64,000 bases of DNA from the human T2T-CHM13v2.0 reference genome, Homo sapiens: assembly GCF_009914755.1 (NCBI RefSeq), contig NC_060928.1; one strand, 5' to 3'. This document shows, one piece after another, positions 1 to 17,107 of this stretch. A program made the translations under genes and the position numbers. Each line of letters begins with the position of its first letter. Within the stretch, counting starts at the first letter, position 1. Below the pieces are notes generated by a model. It was not told the origin of the DNA and did not search any database. It saw nothing but the letters and a program-made list of their open reading frames with translations.

Positions 1-79
1 ATTAGCATGTGAATAGATGTATACACATGAGACAATCTCTGAGAGTTCTTACGAGTAAAATCAGGAGACTGGAAATAAA

Positions 80-112
80 TGTGTGTGTGTGCGTGTGTGT
101 GTGTGTGTGTGT
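80..112. repeat. (TG)n microsatellite
   Basis: Direct reading, one TG>CG interruption. Confidence 0.95.
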
Positions 113-117
113 ATACT

Positions 118-597
118 ATAAATCAAAAAGTTTCTGAGAGACATCTCCATTAATTTAAAGGTTTACTTCGCTAAAGTGGAAGACGCACTAGAGAAAAAGA
201 AATACAAGTTACAGTAAGATCTGTGGCCTATGCTTTTTTCAAAGAGGATCTTGAAGACTTCAATATTTAAAGGGGAAAGAACAAGCATGAGGGGGAGGAG
301 GGAGAAAGAAAAAGAAGGATAGGCGATGAGGCAAGTGGTTACATTCTTGTGAGGCTTTGATTAGAGCTCACTGAATCCACATTTTACATGAGAAAAGAGA
401 GGAGTGGGGAAAAATGTCAAATATGCATTTGTGTCATGCTTGGTAGATCTACATTTTACATAAGACAAAGTAAATGTAAAATTATAGCTGTCTGTCTGGA
501 ATTTTTCAAGAGGCAGTTTTTTCATGACTCCATTCCCATGCTCAACTTTCCCTTTGGCATAGTGAGTTTGGGGCACTGAGATTTTACTTTGCTTTTG
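118..597 (-). mobile_element. ERV1 (MER4-group-like) solo LTR
   Basis: Reverse strand reads ...aaaatctcagtgccccaaactcactatgccaaagggaaagttgagc..., resembling MER4-group LTR starts; subfamily not resolved. Confidence 0.65.
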
Positions 598-3433
598 TAA
601 TACACACATGCACACACATATATGTATATATATACACAAAATTTCTTCCTCTTACAGTAAGTAAACAAAATTATTATACACACATATGTACATATATATT
701 ATATATACGTAATTTTACTGCTTTTACAGTATACCTGCTATTTAAACCACATATGACTAAACTTCTTAAATTAGGTTCCATTATTACATACATATGATTT
801 TGCTTCTGGAAGGCAGCAAGATTAAAATAAAGAGTAATAAAGGAAAGAGAGAAAAAAGAAGAGAATATGAGAAAAACTGTTCTGAAAATTAATTAAAATT
901 AGATGGAAAAAATAAAAATAGAAAATATTAAAGATATGTGTATTTGAATTGAACAAGATGAAATAATTAAGAATCTTAATATCTACTAGAAAATGTGTCA
1001 GGATTACTCCAATAATGTTGTAAATTTTATTAATATTTTTGATGGATTTAACATTTTATTAAATGTACTTTTATTATGGCAAAAATCACATTTAATAAAT
1101 GTGATGGCTTTAAGTATTCCTAGCAAAGACTGAAGTGTTGCAAATTAGAAAATATGTATAATCATCTACCGATATTAATTTCTATTCAAATACTTCACAC
1201 TACCTATTATGCTATCAAAACATGTCTCAAAATCTTAGAAGTATAGTAGTAGTCACCTTTTCTTTACCATTAATATCACTTTTATTTGAAGAAAGAAGTG
1301 CTAGTATTTTCTATTGAGCAGATCAGAACACGTTATTTGTACATTGCTTTGTTTTTTCAGTGTAAATACAATATATTTTATTAGTTTTATTCATTTTATG
1401 GGAGTTACATATATCATTGACACTAATTTCCAAAAGGCATAATAATGTCCATTTCTTTGAGGATGTTTAATAGATTAATACACCCTTTCTGATTCAAGCT
1501 GCATAGAACCTATTTAAACTGTCACCCCTATGCAAGTATTCACTACTATAGGTTAGATATTTGTAGTGTCTTAAAATAGTGCTATTCTGAACCTAAATCA
1601 ATAGTTACAAGTTAAGTTATATATTTTTGTAATGAATTATTTTATATCACAGGCACATTTTTAAGTAGATTATGTAAAGAAAAGAAGAATAGGAATTTAT
1701 AGACAATGGTGGTAAATTTACTTGTAATGGTGTTTATGGAAGATTCTTTGATTTCTTTGATATATTTCACATATATATGAAGTCTTATATTTTTCATAAT
1801 ATAAATTACATATTATAAAGGGAACTTCAGGTGTTGCATTTGTGAATAATATGAACAAAACTCAAATTATTGAGAGACATAGAGAAAAATGTCATTGATT
1901 TATTGCTGAAAAGCAAGAGGAACCCTATGTGTGCTGAATTTGGAATAAAGCATCAGATGAAACAAAAATTTGTGCTTCAATTGAGATTAGTGGAAAAAAC
2001 TCACAGCACAACAGGAGAGGAACTGTAGAGGATAATGGAGTTTTGGGCATGCGATTAGAGATGAGAAAAGAATCTCAAGTGATCATGTAATGAGTCATGC
2101 ATTCTAATCATGCTGATCTCTATATTCAACACATCTGATATAATTTGTTCTAAATTATCGCCCATTTTCTTCTCAAATATCATAAACCTCTTCTGCTCAG
2201 TGTTTAAAATAGAAAACAGATCAATGTATTTATTCTCATGTGTACTTTTTAAATAATTCTTAATATTGTGTATAAGAAAAATATTCATTGTCAAAGACAT
2301 TATGCTGATAACTTAAAATATTACATTTATTCAAATGTACATTTAATTTTATATGTATTGTTGGATTTAATCTGACATTTAAATTGGAAAGAAATGTACA
2401 CATAATCATTAGGTATACATAGGCCATACAGCAATGACTTTCTACTGTGCGAAGTATCTCATTCTATACGCCTAACTTTGTAATCACATTTCTTTTGATA
2501 AGTTGATGGCATTCCCAGATATGAGTTGAAGGATGTGCTTAATAACTTATTCCAGGGATCACTATCTAATGTTTCTCTTATTTTATTACCAGTGCATATA
2601 AAATTATTATTATTATTTTAGTTTTACTGTGGTCTAATTCCTCTTCTAAAAGTCCAAGGAGTTAAACTGAAAGTAGAAAAAAAATAAGCTTTAGCTTGAT
2701 TCACTCCAGGTCTACATTTGCAAAATGAGAAGGCTGATGGAGTCTGCTCAGCAGCTCCAGCCTTGCTCTCTCTCACTGAGAAGATGAGAATCCTTTAAGG
2801 CCTCAAAATTTAGAATGCTAAACCTCAGACTTCCCACAATTTAAAAAGGTATGGCATTAATACAATATATATATTGTCATACTAATGATATTATAAACAT
2901 AACACTATATATAACTCCTTCTACCTACACCCCAGAAAGAAAAACAGTATCTCCACGCTATAGAAGGTTAAAAGTATCGAAAATGTACATAAAGAACTCT
3001 ATACTTAGATTTGTCAAACACCACAACAGAAATTCACTGGTAGCTGCTGGAAAAGAAGTAACAAAAAAAAAAAATCAGACACAGGATGTCAATCAGTCTT
3101 CTTCAGTTGTCCAGAATTCATGACAAGTGAACTTAAATAAATTTGGCAAAAATAAAGAAAACACCAAGATTAATATGAATGCTATGCATTTATCATTGTG
3201 GGCAAACAATTTAGTTATGCATTACCTCTTAATTTTCATTACTTGTTTTAGTATCATGTTTCTTTGTTTAATGTCATTATCTGGTTGTTTGTAAATGGAG
3301 TGAAGACCAATATTTGATAAGGAGAATGAGTAAAGTTTTTTGATGAGGAGCTATTTGACTTGTATTAAATATGACCATAATCCAGTCAACAAAGAGAGCC
3401 ATGATTTATTGGTGATCTCTCTGATATCCCAAC

Positions 3434-4069
3434 TGTCAACCCAAAGAGTCAAAGTTTGTTAAACATTTGAAGAGATTTATTCTAAGCCAAGTATATGTGA
3501 CCAGTGACCCATGACACAGCCCCAGGAGATACTGAGAACTTGTGCTCAAAGTAGTAAGGCTACAGCCTGGTTTTATACATTTTAGAGAGGCATAGGACAT
3601 CCATCAATACGTGTAAGATATACATTGGTTTGGTGGAGAAAGGCAGGACAACTGGAAGCAGGGGTTTCCAGGTCATAAGGCAATTAAAAGATTTTCTGAT
3701 TGGCAATCGGTCGAAATAATTATTATTTAAAGACCTGGAATGTCTAGGTTAAGGTAGGAGGTTGTGGAGACCAACCTTTTATCATACAGCTGAAGTTTTC
3801 AGGTAGCAGGCTTCAGGGATGATAGATTGTAAAAGTTTCCAATCATACTTAAAGAGACTGTTCTATCAGTCTTAAGATCTCTGTGTTGATGTTAATGCTA
3901 GTTAGCTGCGCCTGAATTCCAAAAGGAAGGTGGATATATAATGAAGCATGCCCAACACCCTCCTCATCATGTCCTTAAGTTGTTTTTCAAATTAACTTTG
4001 GAATGCCCTTGGCCACGGGGCAGATCTATCAGTCAGTTGGGGGACTTAGAATCTTACTTTTTGTTTACA
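3434..4069 (-). mobile_element. MER4-family ERV1 solo LTR
   Basis: Reverse strand starts TGTAAACAAAAAGTAAGATTCTAAG (MER4-like); TG..CA ends; 4-bp TSD CAAC at 3430-3433 and 4070-4073. Confidence 0.9.
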
Positions 4070-4758
4070 CAACAGTTTATTTTGTCATGCAGGAACATTG
4101 AGAAATTAAAAATGATAGAACAGTGGCCTTTAGAAATATGAAAGCATATAGCTGTGCATCTTGGACTCTCATGAACGTGTTCATATAATCATGGAGCTGT
4201 AGAGGCTTTTACTAGGTCTGATTATTCCTTCAAATCATGCAGGTAATTTTGCTACTGCCTGGACAAGAGACTAAGTTTTCAAGGCAAGTTACTTAAGAAA
4301 ATCACTCTATCCCTTTTTCTATATTTTCCCAATTATGCTCCAGTTGAAGGTCATGGGCAGAGAGAGCCCTCATTTATGACGCTAAGGAAAATGAACCTCT
4401 CAGGCATGTTTCAATCTTAGCTGGAAATTCAGAGAGTAAGAATTAATTAGAGGGTTAATATTAGTTATTAGCAAATGGAATCGCACCTCACCCAAACTCT
4501 CCCACAATGAAACTGACAGGCAGCTAACAATTTAATGGTCTCCTACATAAGGAAAAGGAAGCCAACACAGTGGTTTTTGCCATTAAATAGAAAGAAGAGA
4601 TGGGCTGACTGCAGGCCTCTCTAATAAGAGACTAAGCAAGTTTTCAGTGTGTTTACTTCAACTTGGAAATATTTAGAAGTAAATCAGTAAGAAGACTAAC
4701 AAGTGTTTTAAAAATTTTACTGTCAAAGAAACCACAAGTCTGGATTCCAAAAGCCAGT

Positions 4759-5205
4759 TGTAGCAGATGGTGTTGATCCTACCCCATGTTTGAGTTCACC
4801 TGCAGGTATGCAAGTCAATTTCCATCAGAATCTCCCTCTTCATGCACTTGTGTCCCTCCACAGACTAAGAGCTGACCAGAGAATGGGGGCTGGGGTTAGA
4901 GTTAAAATCTAGAAGATTCCAGATGCAACACTGAGCACATATGGGTCTGAATGGATAAATGCCTCAGATGGGATAATTCCTCTGGTGAGGCAACTTTGAT
5001 ATATCTATGGGGTTTCTCAGGGATTCATGGAAGAATTGAACTACAGTTGCTCAAAGAGCTACCCTTCTCAATTATGCAGCCTTTTTGACTTTCTTCATTC
5101 ATTCTCTTACTTTCCTGATTTGTCTCCGCTGGATTAACCCTTTCTCAACACTCTGGACCCAAGTGCTCATCTTGAGGTCCTCTTTTGGAGACCCCACAAG
5201 TTTCA
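4759..5205 (+). mobile_element. Old ERVL LTR (LTR16-like)
   Basis: Starts tgtagcagatg; ggataaatgcctcag and the 3' ctcatcttgaggtcctcttttggagacccca resemble LTR16; diverged. Confidence 0.55.
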
Positions 5206-5702
5206 CTAGCAGGAAATAGGCAATGAAACAACATAACCTCCAAAGAAGGATGGAAAAGAAAATTGTTCCCCAAGAGCAAAACCAGTGGTAGCCAGATGGC
5301 TTACCAAGGCATTTACTCCTCTCTCAGGGTTGGGGTTTTTGAAATTATCTGACTAGCAAAATGTTTAGACTGCTATGGACAGCTGACTGGTGCATGCTTT
5401 TTATTCAGGTAGAGAATGCTGGCTGTTTAACATGATTTCTATTCCTGCTCATCTGTATTAGATAAGAATATGGACATCCAGCCTAGCCACATTTCCCAGC
5501 CTCTTTTTCATTTGTGTTTAACTGTGACAAACTTCTCTCCAGTGAACAATGAGCTGAAGTATATGGGCAACATCTAAACCCGGGCAAAATTAAAATCTGT
5601 GACGTGTTCACCCTTTATATTTTGTGACCTTTTATTAGAGCAAATTAATAATCAGTAACTATTATAGCATTCTTCCTTTTTCCAAGTGAAAATTTTTATG
5701 AG

Positions 5703-5797
5703 TTTTATTATATTTTTGCTCTGCTATTGTATAGGTTTATTATATTTTTGCTCTGCTATTGTATATTTTGCTCTGCTATTATTGCTCTGCTATTGTA
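5703..5797. repeat. Local tandem repeat of ttgctctgctatt (4 copies, shrinking unit)
   Basis: tttattatatttttgctctgctattgtata x2, then two truncated copies. Confidence 0.9.
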
Positions 5798-5811
5798 AAA
5801 CATATTGATAT

Positions 5812-5968
5812 GTTTTACTTATTTATTTATTTATTTTGGAGACAGAGTCTTACTCTGCTACCCAGGATGAAGTGCAGTGGTGCGACCTCCATCTCCCAAG
5901 TTCAAGCAATTCTCCTGCCTCAGCCTCCCAAGTAGCTGGGATTACAGGCACACATCACCACACCCAGC
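5812..5968 (-). mobile_element. Alu right arm only, fused to L1 5'UTR
   Basis: (TTTA)n tail, gagacagagtc...cctcagcctcccaagtagctgggattacaggc...cacccagc; left arm absent. Confidence 0.92.
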
Positions 5969-7625
5969 GAGACCAATGCAGGAGGCGGGTGATTTCTGCA
6001 TTTCCAACTGAGATACCCAGTTCATCTCATTGGGACTGGTTAGACAGTGGGTGCAGCCCACGGAGGGTGAGCAGAAGCAGGGTGGGGCGTTGCCTCACCT
6101 GGGAAGTGCAAGGGGCTGAGAAACTCCGTTTCCTAGCAAAGGGAAGCCATGTGGGACTGTGCTATCCAGGCCAGCTACTATGCTTTGCCCACGGTTTTTG
6201 CAATCCACAGACCAGGAGATTCCCTCATATGCCTACACCACCAGGGCCCTGGGTTTCAAGCAGTGGGTGGCTGTTTGTGCAGACATTGAGCTAGCTGCAG
6301 GACTTTTTTACATAACCCAGTGGTGCGTGGAACCCCAGTGAGACAGAACAATTCACTGTCCTGGAAAGGGGGCTGAAACCAGGGAGCCAAGTGGTCTCCC
6401 TCAGCAGGTCCCACTCCCATGGAGCCCAGCAAGCTAAGAACCATTGGCTTGAAATTTTCGCTGCTAGCACAGCAGTCTGAAGTCTACCTGGGACAATCAA
6501 GCTTGGTGGGGGAAGGGGCATCCACCATTACTATTCAGGACATAGGCATGGGCAAAGACTTCATGTCTAAAACACCAAAAAAAAATTGCAACAAAAGCCA
6601 AAATTGACAAATGGGATTTAATTAAACTAAAGAGCTTCTGCACAGCAAAAGAAACTATCACCAGAGTGAACAGGCAACCTACAGAATGGGAGAAGATTTT
6701 TGCAATCTATCCATCTGACAAAGGTCTAATATCCAGAATCTACAAGAAACTTAAACAAATTTACAAGAAAAAGAAACAAATAACCCCATCAAAAAGTGGG
6801 CAAAGGATATGAACAGACACTTCTCGAAAGAAGACATTTATGCAGCCAACAAACATGAAAAAAAGCTCATCATTAGAGAAACACAAATCAAAACCACAAT
6901 GAGATACCATCTCACACCAGTTAGAATGGTGATCATTAAAAAGTAAGGAAACAGCAGATGCTGGAGAGGATGTGGAGAAATAGGAATGCTTTTACACTGT
7001 TGGTGGAAGTGTAAATTAGTTCAATCAGTGTGGAAGACAGTGTGGCGATTCCTCAAGGATCTGGAACCAGAAATATCATTTGCCCCAGCAATCCCATTAC
7101 TGGGTATACACCCAAAGGATTATAAATCATTCTACTATAAAGACACAGGCACACGTATGTTTACTGCAGCACTATTTACAATAGCAAAGACTTTGAACCA
7201 ACCCAAATGCCCATCAATCACAGACTGGATAATGAAAATGCCTCACATATACACCATGGAATACTATGCAGTCATAAAAAAGAATGAGTTCATATCCTTT
7301 GAAGGGACATGGATGAAGCTGGAAACCATCATTCTCAGCAAACTAACACAGCAACAGAAAACCAAACACTGCATGTTCTTACTCATAAGTGGGAGCTGAA
7401 CAATGAGAACACATGGACACAGGCAGGGGAACATCACACACTGGAGCCTATCAGGGGGTGGGGGGCAAGGGCAGGGAGAGTATTAGGATAAATACCTAAT
7501 GCCTGCGGGCCTTAAAACCTAGATGATGGGTTGATGGGTACAGCAAACCCCATGGCACATGTATAACTATGTGACAAACCGGTATGTTCTGCACATGTAT
7601 CCCAGAACTTAAAGTATAATAAAAA
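5963..7625 (+). mobile_element. L1PA7/8-like element with large internal deletion (5'UTR joined to ORF2 3' end and 3'UTR)
   Basis: 5'UTR gagaccaatgcaggaggcgggtgatttctgcatttcc to ~6532; ORF2 from attcaggacataggcatggg (6533); C-terminal [24 protein letters not shown], stop 7397-7399; 3' end gaacttaaagtataataaaaaa. Confidence 0.93.
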
Positions 7626-8514
7626 GTTAATGAAATTATAGAATATTTGATGCTAACACATAGCAACACTATATCTTTTCTGAAAAAAAAATTTACATAA
7701 ATGAATATAAGCCAGCAGCACCACATAATAAATCAACCAGAGTATAATTTTGGAACATTTCTAAATGAATAAAGATATAATATTCATATGCTTGTTAAAA
7801 AAAGAATGTTGTTTTAAAAATAACCTGTATAGTCTCAAATGATTATTAGAATCACATAAAAAAGGGTTTGTATGGCCAGTTTTTCAGTTGACAGAAAAAA
7901 AAAATGACTAACAATTATAAATGAAAATAGGACTAAAAATAGGATATTTTAATTGCAGAATATCATGAATAATAAAGTTAAAATACTTTTATGTCTCAAA
8001 ACACTTATATTCATAATGGAAATAAACTACTAATGAAGTATATAGAGCCTTTACTGATATAATAACTTCAAAGAAAGCTTTAACATTCAGTATTATGACA
8101 TTTTAAACAAATAGTTGATTTCTTGCAACATAACAATTCTAGATAAGCAACATATACCTGGATCAACTACATCATCATGTGTCTGACTAAAACATGCAAA
8201 AAATTTCCTATTTCTTTTTAGCATTATATCCATTAAGAGAAACAAATTAAAAGCAAAGAAGTTTTAAAAGGATATATGGATTTCACAGACTTTTTATTAA
8301 ATGAGTATAGCAGTGAAAAAACCAACAGGCCTCACCTGTGGCTTTATTAAAGATGAATGGAAATTTTCTTAATATAAAAAGTAGATAAATATTATGACTT
8401 TTTCTATAGTCACATCTATAAGTACACGGAAAATTTTAATTTTTCTTAAATATATTATTTTAATACGTTGTTCAAGGCCACAGGTAAGAATTTTATGAAA
8501 TTGTCATGGAGAAA

Positions 8515-8640
8515 ATTGGGCTCAAACTAGCTCTTTGATGCATTTGCTATGGGAACTTGGCCACATTATTAGCTTCTGTGAGACTCAGCTGTTTGTTTTC
8601 ATTTTTAATGTAAAAAGTATAGAAAACAATCTATAACTTG
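8515..8640 (+). mobile_element. MIR fragment
   Basis: Diverged core gctatgggaacttggccacattattagcttctgtgagactcag. Confidence 0.5.
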
Positions 8641-8644
8641 CAGC

Positions 8645-9790
8645 ATTCATTTAAAACCCGTATTATCTGCTGAGCACTATGCTATGTTAGGGAGATAAAA
8701 AGTTAACAAAGACGAATCTTCATTAAATAATATTATATCCCAGTGAGAGAGATGGACAAATATGTCAGTGGCTGCAAGAAAGTATGATGTGTGCAGGTGT
8801 TAAAATTTCACACCATTCTATGTGTTTAGGAAGGGAGAGCGAAGATCTGCCATCAGACTAGTCCATGGGGTCTCATTGTAGGAAATGAGGCTTACATTGT
8901 GCTTTGAAAGATGGACTGGAGTTAGTTGGATGAAGGGACATGTTTGTTTCAGGAAAGAGCACATGCAATGCCGCAGAGGCATAAGATGACAGATAGAGAT
9001 TGGTGATAAATGAGGCAAAGCAGCAGGCACCAGCCAATTATAAAGGTTTTATGTTCTAAGCTAAGCATTTTAAAATGATAACAATGTACTGCCGTTGAAA
9101 TATTTAAAGCACATTTGCATTTTAGAAAATTTATTTTGGTTATGTGTGGAGGATGGGTGAATGTTCTTGAAAACAAGAACAAGAAGTGCAATTGAGAGTC
9201 AAATCTGGATATTTAGACAGAAATAGCAAATGAAATAAAACAACCAGAGGCAGTGGAAAATGAGAGAAGATGAAACTGCAAACTTTAACAAGAAGGGAAA
9301 TGAACAGGAACTGATGGATGATCAGATGTATGACTGAAGGGGAGGGGAAAGAAATTCTAAATCTCTGGGCTGGCCAACTGCAAAAGTAGGGAAATTCATG
9401 AACATGGCAAAGCAGGGAGAGAGGACATTTTGGAAGCAGATCATCTTCAGGTCTATCTATACACACTTAGTTTAAGTTTTGACTGAGAAAACTCAGTGTA
9501 GATACCAGAAGGTAAATACCAGAAGGTATCTCACTGCCTCAAACGATAGACCAGAATTATATTTGGAATTACTGGAAGTTTTGGTATGTATTAATCAAAA
9601 AATTATTCAGATGGAGTTATCCAGAAAGAACATATAAGTCAGCCAGACTATGGGTTTTGAACATTTCTAAATGAATAAATATATAATATTTATATGCTTG
9701 TTAAAAAATAAGAATTACTGTTTAAAAAATTACACATATAATCTCAAATGATTATCAGAGAAAGCAGAGCTCTGGGAGCAATGATGGATA
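8645..9790 (-). mobile_element. L2 fragment
   Basis: cattcatt...ctgagcactatgctatgttagggagata...aacaaagac matches reversed L2 3' end; purine-rich L2-like body. Confidence 0.65.
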
Positions 9791-10098
9791 AAAGACAAAC
9801 AGAAATGTGGCACAGATTTTATGTGATGATTAATTTTAAAAACCTTGATTTATAGAGTAGTCAATGCTAAGAATGTTGACTATTTGTCATGTGTAATTTG
9901 ACATATGTAATTATATATAATAAGATATATAACATAATAAACATATAATGCAACATATGAAAATTTGTGTTCAATATTTAAGTAAGTATATATATGGTAT
10001 GTGTACTTACATGTGTGTACATGTATGTATATCTAGATTTAGATATAGACATAAATAATTACTAAATTCCTACAGATCTAGAGTATAGGGTAACTCTA

Positions 10099-10410
<312 letters not shown>

Positions 10411-11353
10411 AGAAACAGCTTTCTTGAATGGTTATTAAATAAATAAATAGTATATATAGATTTTTTAAATGTTTCAATTTTCATGATAAAATGAAGGAAA
10501 ATAATTTAATAGCAAACCTAAAACATGCCATTTCATTCCATTAGCTAACTTTCAGTTTTTTCTACATTTACCGCTGTAGTCTCCAAATTGTTTTGACTCA
10601 TTTTTCTCTCAAGTGGAATCTTCCCTTTCTCCACTGTATTTCATCCACGTCAAACATCTTTGAAACATATATTGGCATAAAAGTTCAATTGATCAGAACA
10701 AGTGTCAGGCTAGATCTGAGCTCATTTTGTAGAAGATAAAAGAAATATCTGGCATAAATAGAAGTTAATATTATATTCTTATAATACTTTGTATTTGGCT
10801 TATTTAAAAAAATTGAAATAAAATGCTTTCCAGGTTCTATAATATACTGTGATGACTTTTCATTATATTTGCAGAATGAATAGAATAAAAGAAATTGTAT
10901 TATTATATAAGTGCCTTTCATGTGCACTGAATGAAGATTTACTGCATGATAAACAACAGATGATTGTTTTATGATCTAATAGCCATAGACATCTGAGCAC
11001 ACAGCTTCAATAAATGTGTGATGAAGCCAGGCCGCCTGAAGTCTTCAATTAAGGAAAAAAAACAGAGCCCTCAAGTCATTTGGGGAGAATAGAAAACTGC
11101 ATTGCAATTAAGGTTTCCACTGGGAGAAATAGCTCAATCTAATTTCATTTATAAATAACAAAAGGAACAATGATAACAATTTATCATCAGTCAGTGCCAA
11201 GAAAATACACTGAAGGAGATAACCAGAAAGATTAAACACAGACTAGGTGTGTGTGCTGGATGGGGTGGCTAAACCAAAACTAAGTGTGGCAGGTTTAGGG
11301 GGACATTCAAGCCTGCTTATAGTTTCATTCTCACTTAAAAAAATCAAAACTTT

Positions 11354-13278
<1,925 letters not shown>

Positions 13279-13455
13279 ACTCATGAATACTCATTAATTC
13301 CTTTGATTAAGTAGAGATTTGAAGAACTTTCAGTTACTGTATCATGTGTTTCATATAAAAAAGCAATATATTTAGTCTTATCAATTTTATATTCCAAAAT
13401 TCTTCTCCACTATTTTCTTATTTACACTTTTTAAATGTTTAAAGAACGTACAATC

Positions 13456-13581
13456 TTTTTTTTTTTTTTTTGAGATGGAGTCTCGCTCTGTCTCCCAGGC
13501 TGGAGTGCAGTGGCGCAATCTCAGCTCACTGCAAGCTCCACCTCCGGGTCCACGCCATTCTCCTGCCTCAGCCTCCCGAGT
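13456..13581 (-). mobile_element. 5'-truncated AluY
   Basis: gcaagctcc and cacgccattctcc AluY diagnostics; TSD aagaacgtacaatc / aggaatgtacaatc. Confidence 0.93.
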
Positions 13582-13767
13582 AAGGAATGTACAATCTTTA
13601 ATCACAGTCTTCCTTAAACAATATAATACCTTTTTACATGTAGTGTATTATACCATACAACAACACATTTCTCCCACCCCACAATTTCTACCTTCCATCT
13701 TTTTTGGTATTATTGATAGAAGTTTTACTTTTACATATGTTATAGACACATAATGCATTGCTACTAA

Positions 13768-14198
<431 letters not shown>

Positions 14199-14446
14199 AT
14201 TCACGTTTTTTTTCTAGTGTCATATTCCTTCTGCCTAAAGAAGTTTCATTAAATTTTTTTTTGTAACGCAGGTCTGCTGGTCTCCTTGTTTTTCTTCTCG
14301 GAAAAGTCTGTTTTTCTCCTTCAATCTTTGAAGATAGGAAGAAAAAAACAAGAAAAACTAAATATAGAATCTGGGTGGGTCATTTTTTTCTTTCAACATT
14401 AAATGTTTCAGTCCACTGTCCTCTTGCCAAGAAGGCTGTTGTATTT

Positions 14447-15463
<1,017 letters not shown>

Positions 15464-17107
15464 TTATCTCTGTTCCTCCATGTGTAATGTGCCTTTTGTC
15501 TCCGGCTACATTTAAGGTTTTCTTTCTCCCTCTGTCTTTTGGTTTTGAACACTTTGAATATGTTGTGTTTAGGAATTTTTAATTTACTTCTTTGCTATTT
15601 AAAAAATAGTTTGCTTGATGTTCTCTGATCTTTGTTAAATTATGGTTTCATGTGTCTCTCATTTTCATATGAATCTCAATTATTATTTCTTCAGATATTT
15701 CTTCTACCTCATTATCTTTCTATTCCTTGTGGGATTTATTTACATGTATGTTGGACTATCTGATATAGACCAATGCCAATATATTCTATTATTTTCTTTT
15801 ACACTTTACTTTCTCTTTATGTTTTAGTTTGAATAATGTCTATTGGCATTTCCTCAGTGTCACATATTTTTCAAACTTCATCAAACTTTCTTCAAGTTCA
15901 CTGATTTTTTCCTCAGCTGCATTGAGTATTTGCTGAACCTATTGAAATATCGTCATCTTTCTTACCATGATTTTTCTTTTTTACATTTTCATTTTACCTT
16001 CTGTCATTGTTTTACTCTCTGTGCTGAAACTCTTCATCGGTTTTTGCATGTTTTTGATTTTTTTTCACTAATGCTTTTAAAAAATGATCATACTTACTTC
16101 AAATTTACTGTTTGGTAGTTCCAAAATCTGGATCATATGTACTTCTGGTTCTGTTGGTTGCTTTTTCTCTTGCAAGTGAATTAATGTTCTGAAGTTTTCT
16201 CATGTCTTTTAGGATGAAAACTACACCATGTGTAGGGAAGTAGATAAGAAGGTAAATAATATTTATGCATTAAGATGGGCATTTTTTTTCTCTGCAGGCA
16301 TTTAGTGGAGTTAATCTAAACTAGTGTTAAGCTGGGTAAAGGTTTAATTGTTGCTATGGTTACCATTGGTCTATCATAAGCTTCAAATTCCATTAGCATT
16401 TACCTTTTGCTTAGGGTTTGGGGTTAGATCAACAGAGATTTTTTTTCAGTGTTCTTTTTCTATCTTCTACTTTTGGCTTTCTCTCTGAGCCTGCACATTT
16501 GAGAGGGTCTCTTGCCACGTTTTTGTTATCCCCTTGGTGTTAGACTGCTGTCCTCTATTACTAGATCTCTGCTAACCTCATTGGAGGGTGAAGTGTAGGT
16601 GTACATGTCTATTGTCCTATTTCAATCTCAATCTTAGGCAAGACCTGTGTTTAACATTTTTAGAGTCTGGTTTTCTCTGTGATCTTGTCATTCCTCCAGC
16701 ATAGAAGACATCTAATGTTCTAGATTAAATACCATTTCCTGTGACTTCCCCAAAGGTAGCAGGCTTTTTCTCTTCCCTCTCTCCAAATATGATAAATCTT
16801 CATAAGTTTTCTGTGAAGGTACATGACAAGGTTTGCTGCCCTTTCCTCAGTGGGATAAGACTCCCCCTCTTCCACCCAACACCAAAGCTTTTATTCCTTA
16901 AGTGAAGTCTGTACAGGGTTTTGTTTCCCCTAGCAGGAACTCTTTCCCTCCACAGGCCTGTACCACTGGAACGCTTTCTCTCTCACTACCTTTCTTGTGA
17001 GCACTCAGTGAGATTCAAGAATAGCCTGCAATTGAATGTGAACTTCCCTTCTGTCTAATATTCTCAGACTCAGGCATTCAGCCTCTAATAATCTATTTGA
17101 GAAGTTA

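Noticed and set aside
6005-6540. Spliced L1 retrocopy explanation for the internal deletion
   Set aside because: The junction lacks GT/AG boundaries, the known early 5'UTR donor reads gagatacc rather than gaggtacc, and the sequence downstream of it is retained.
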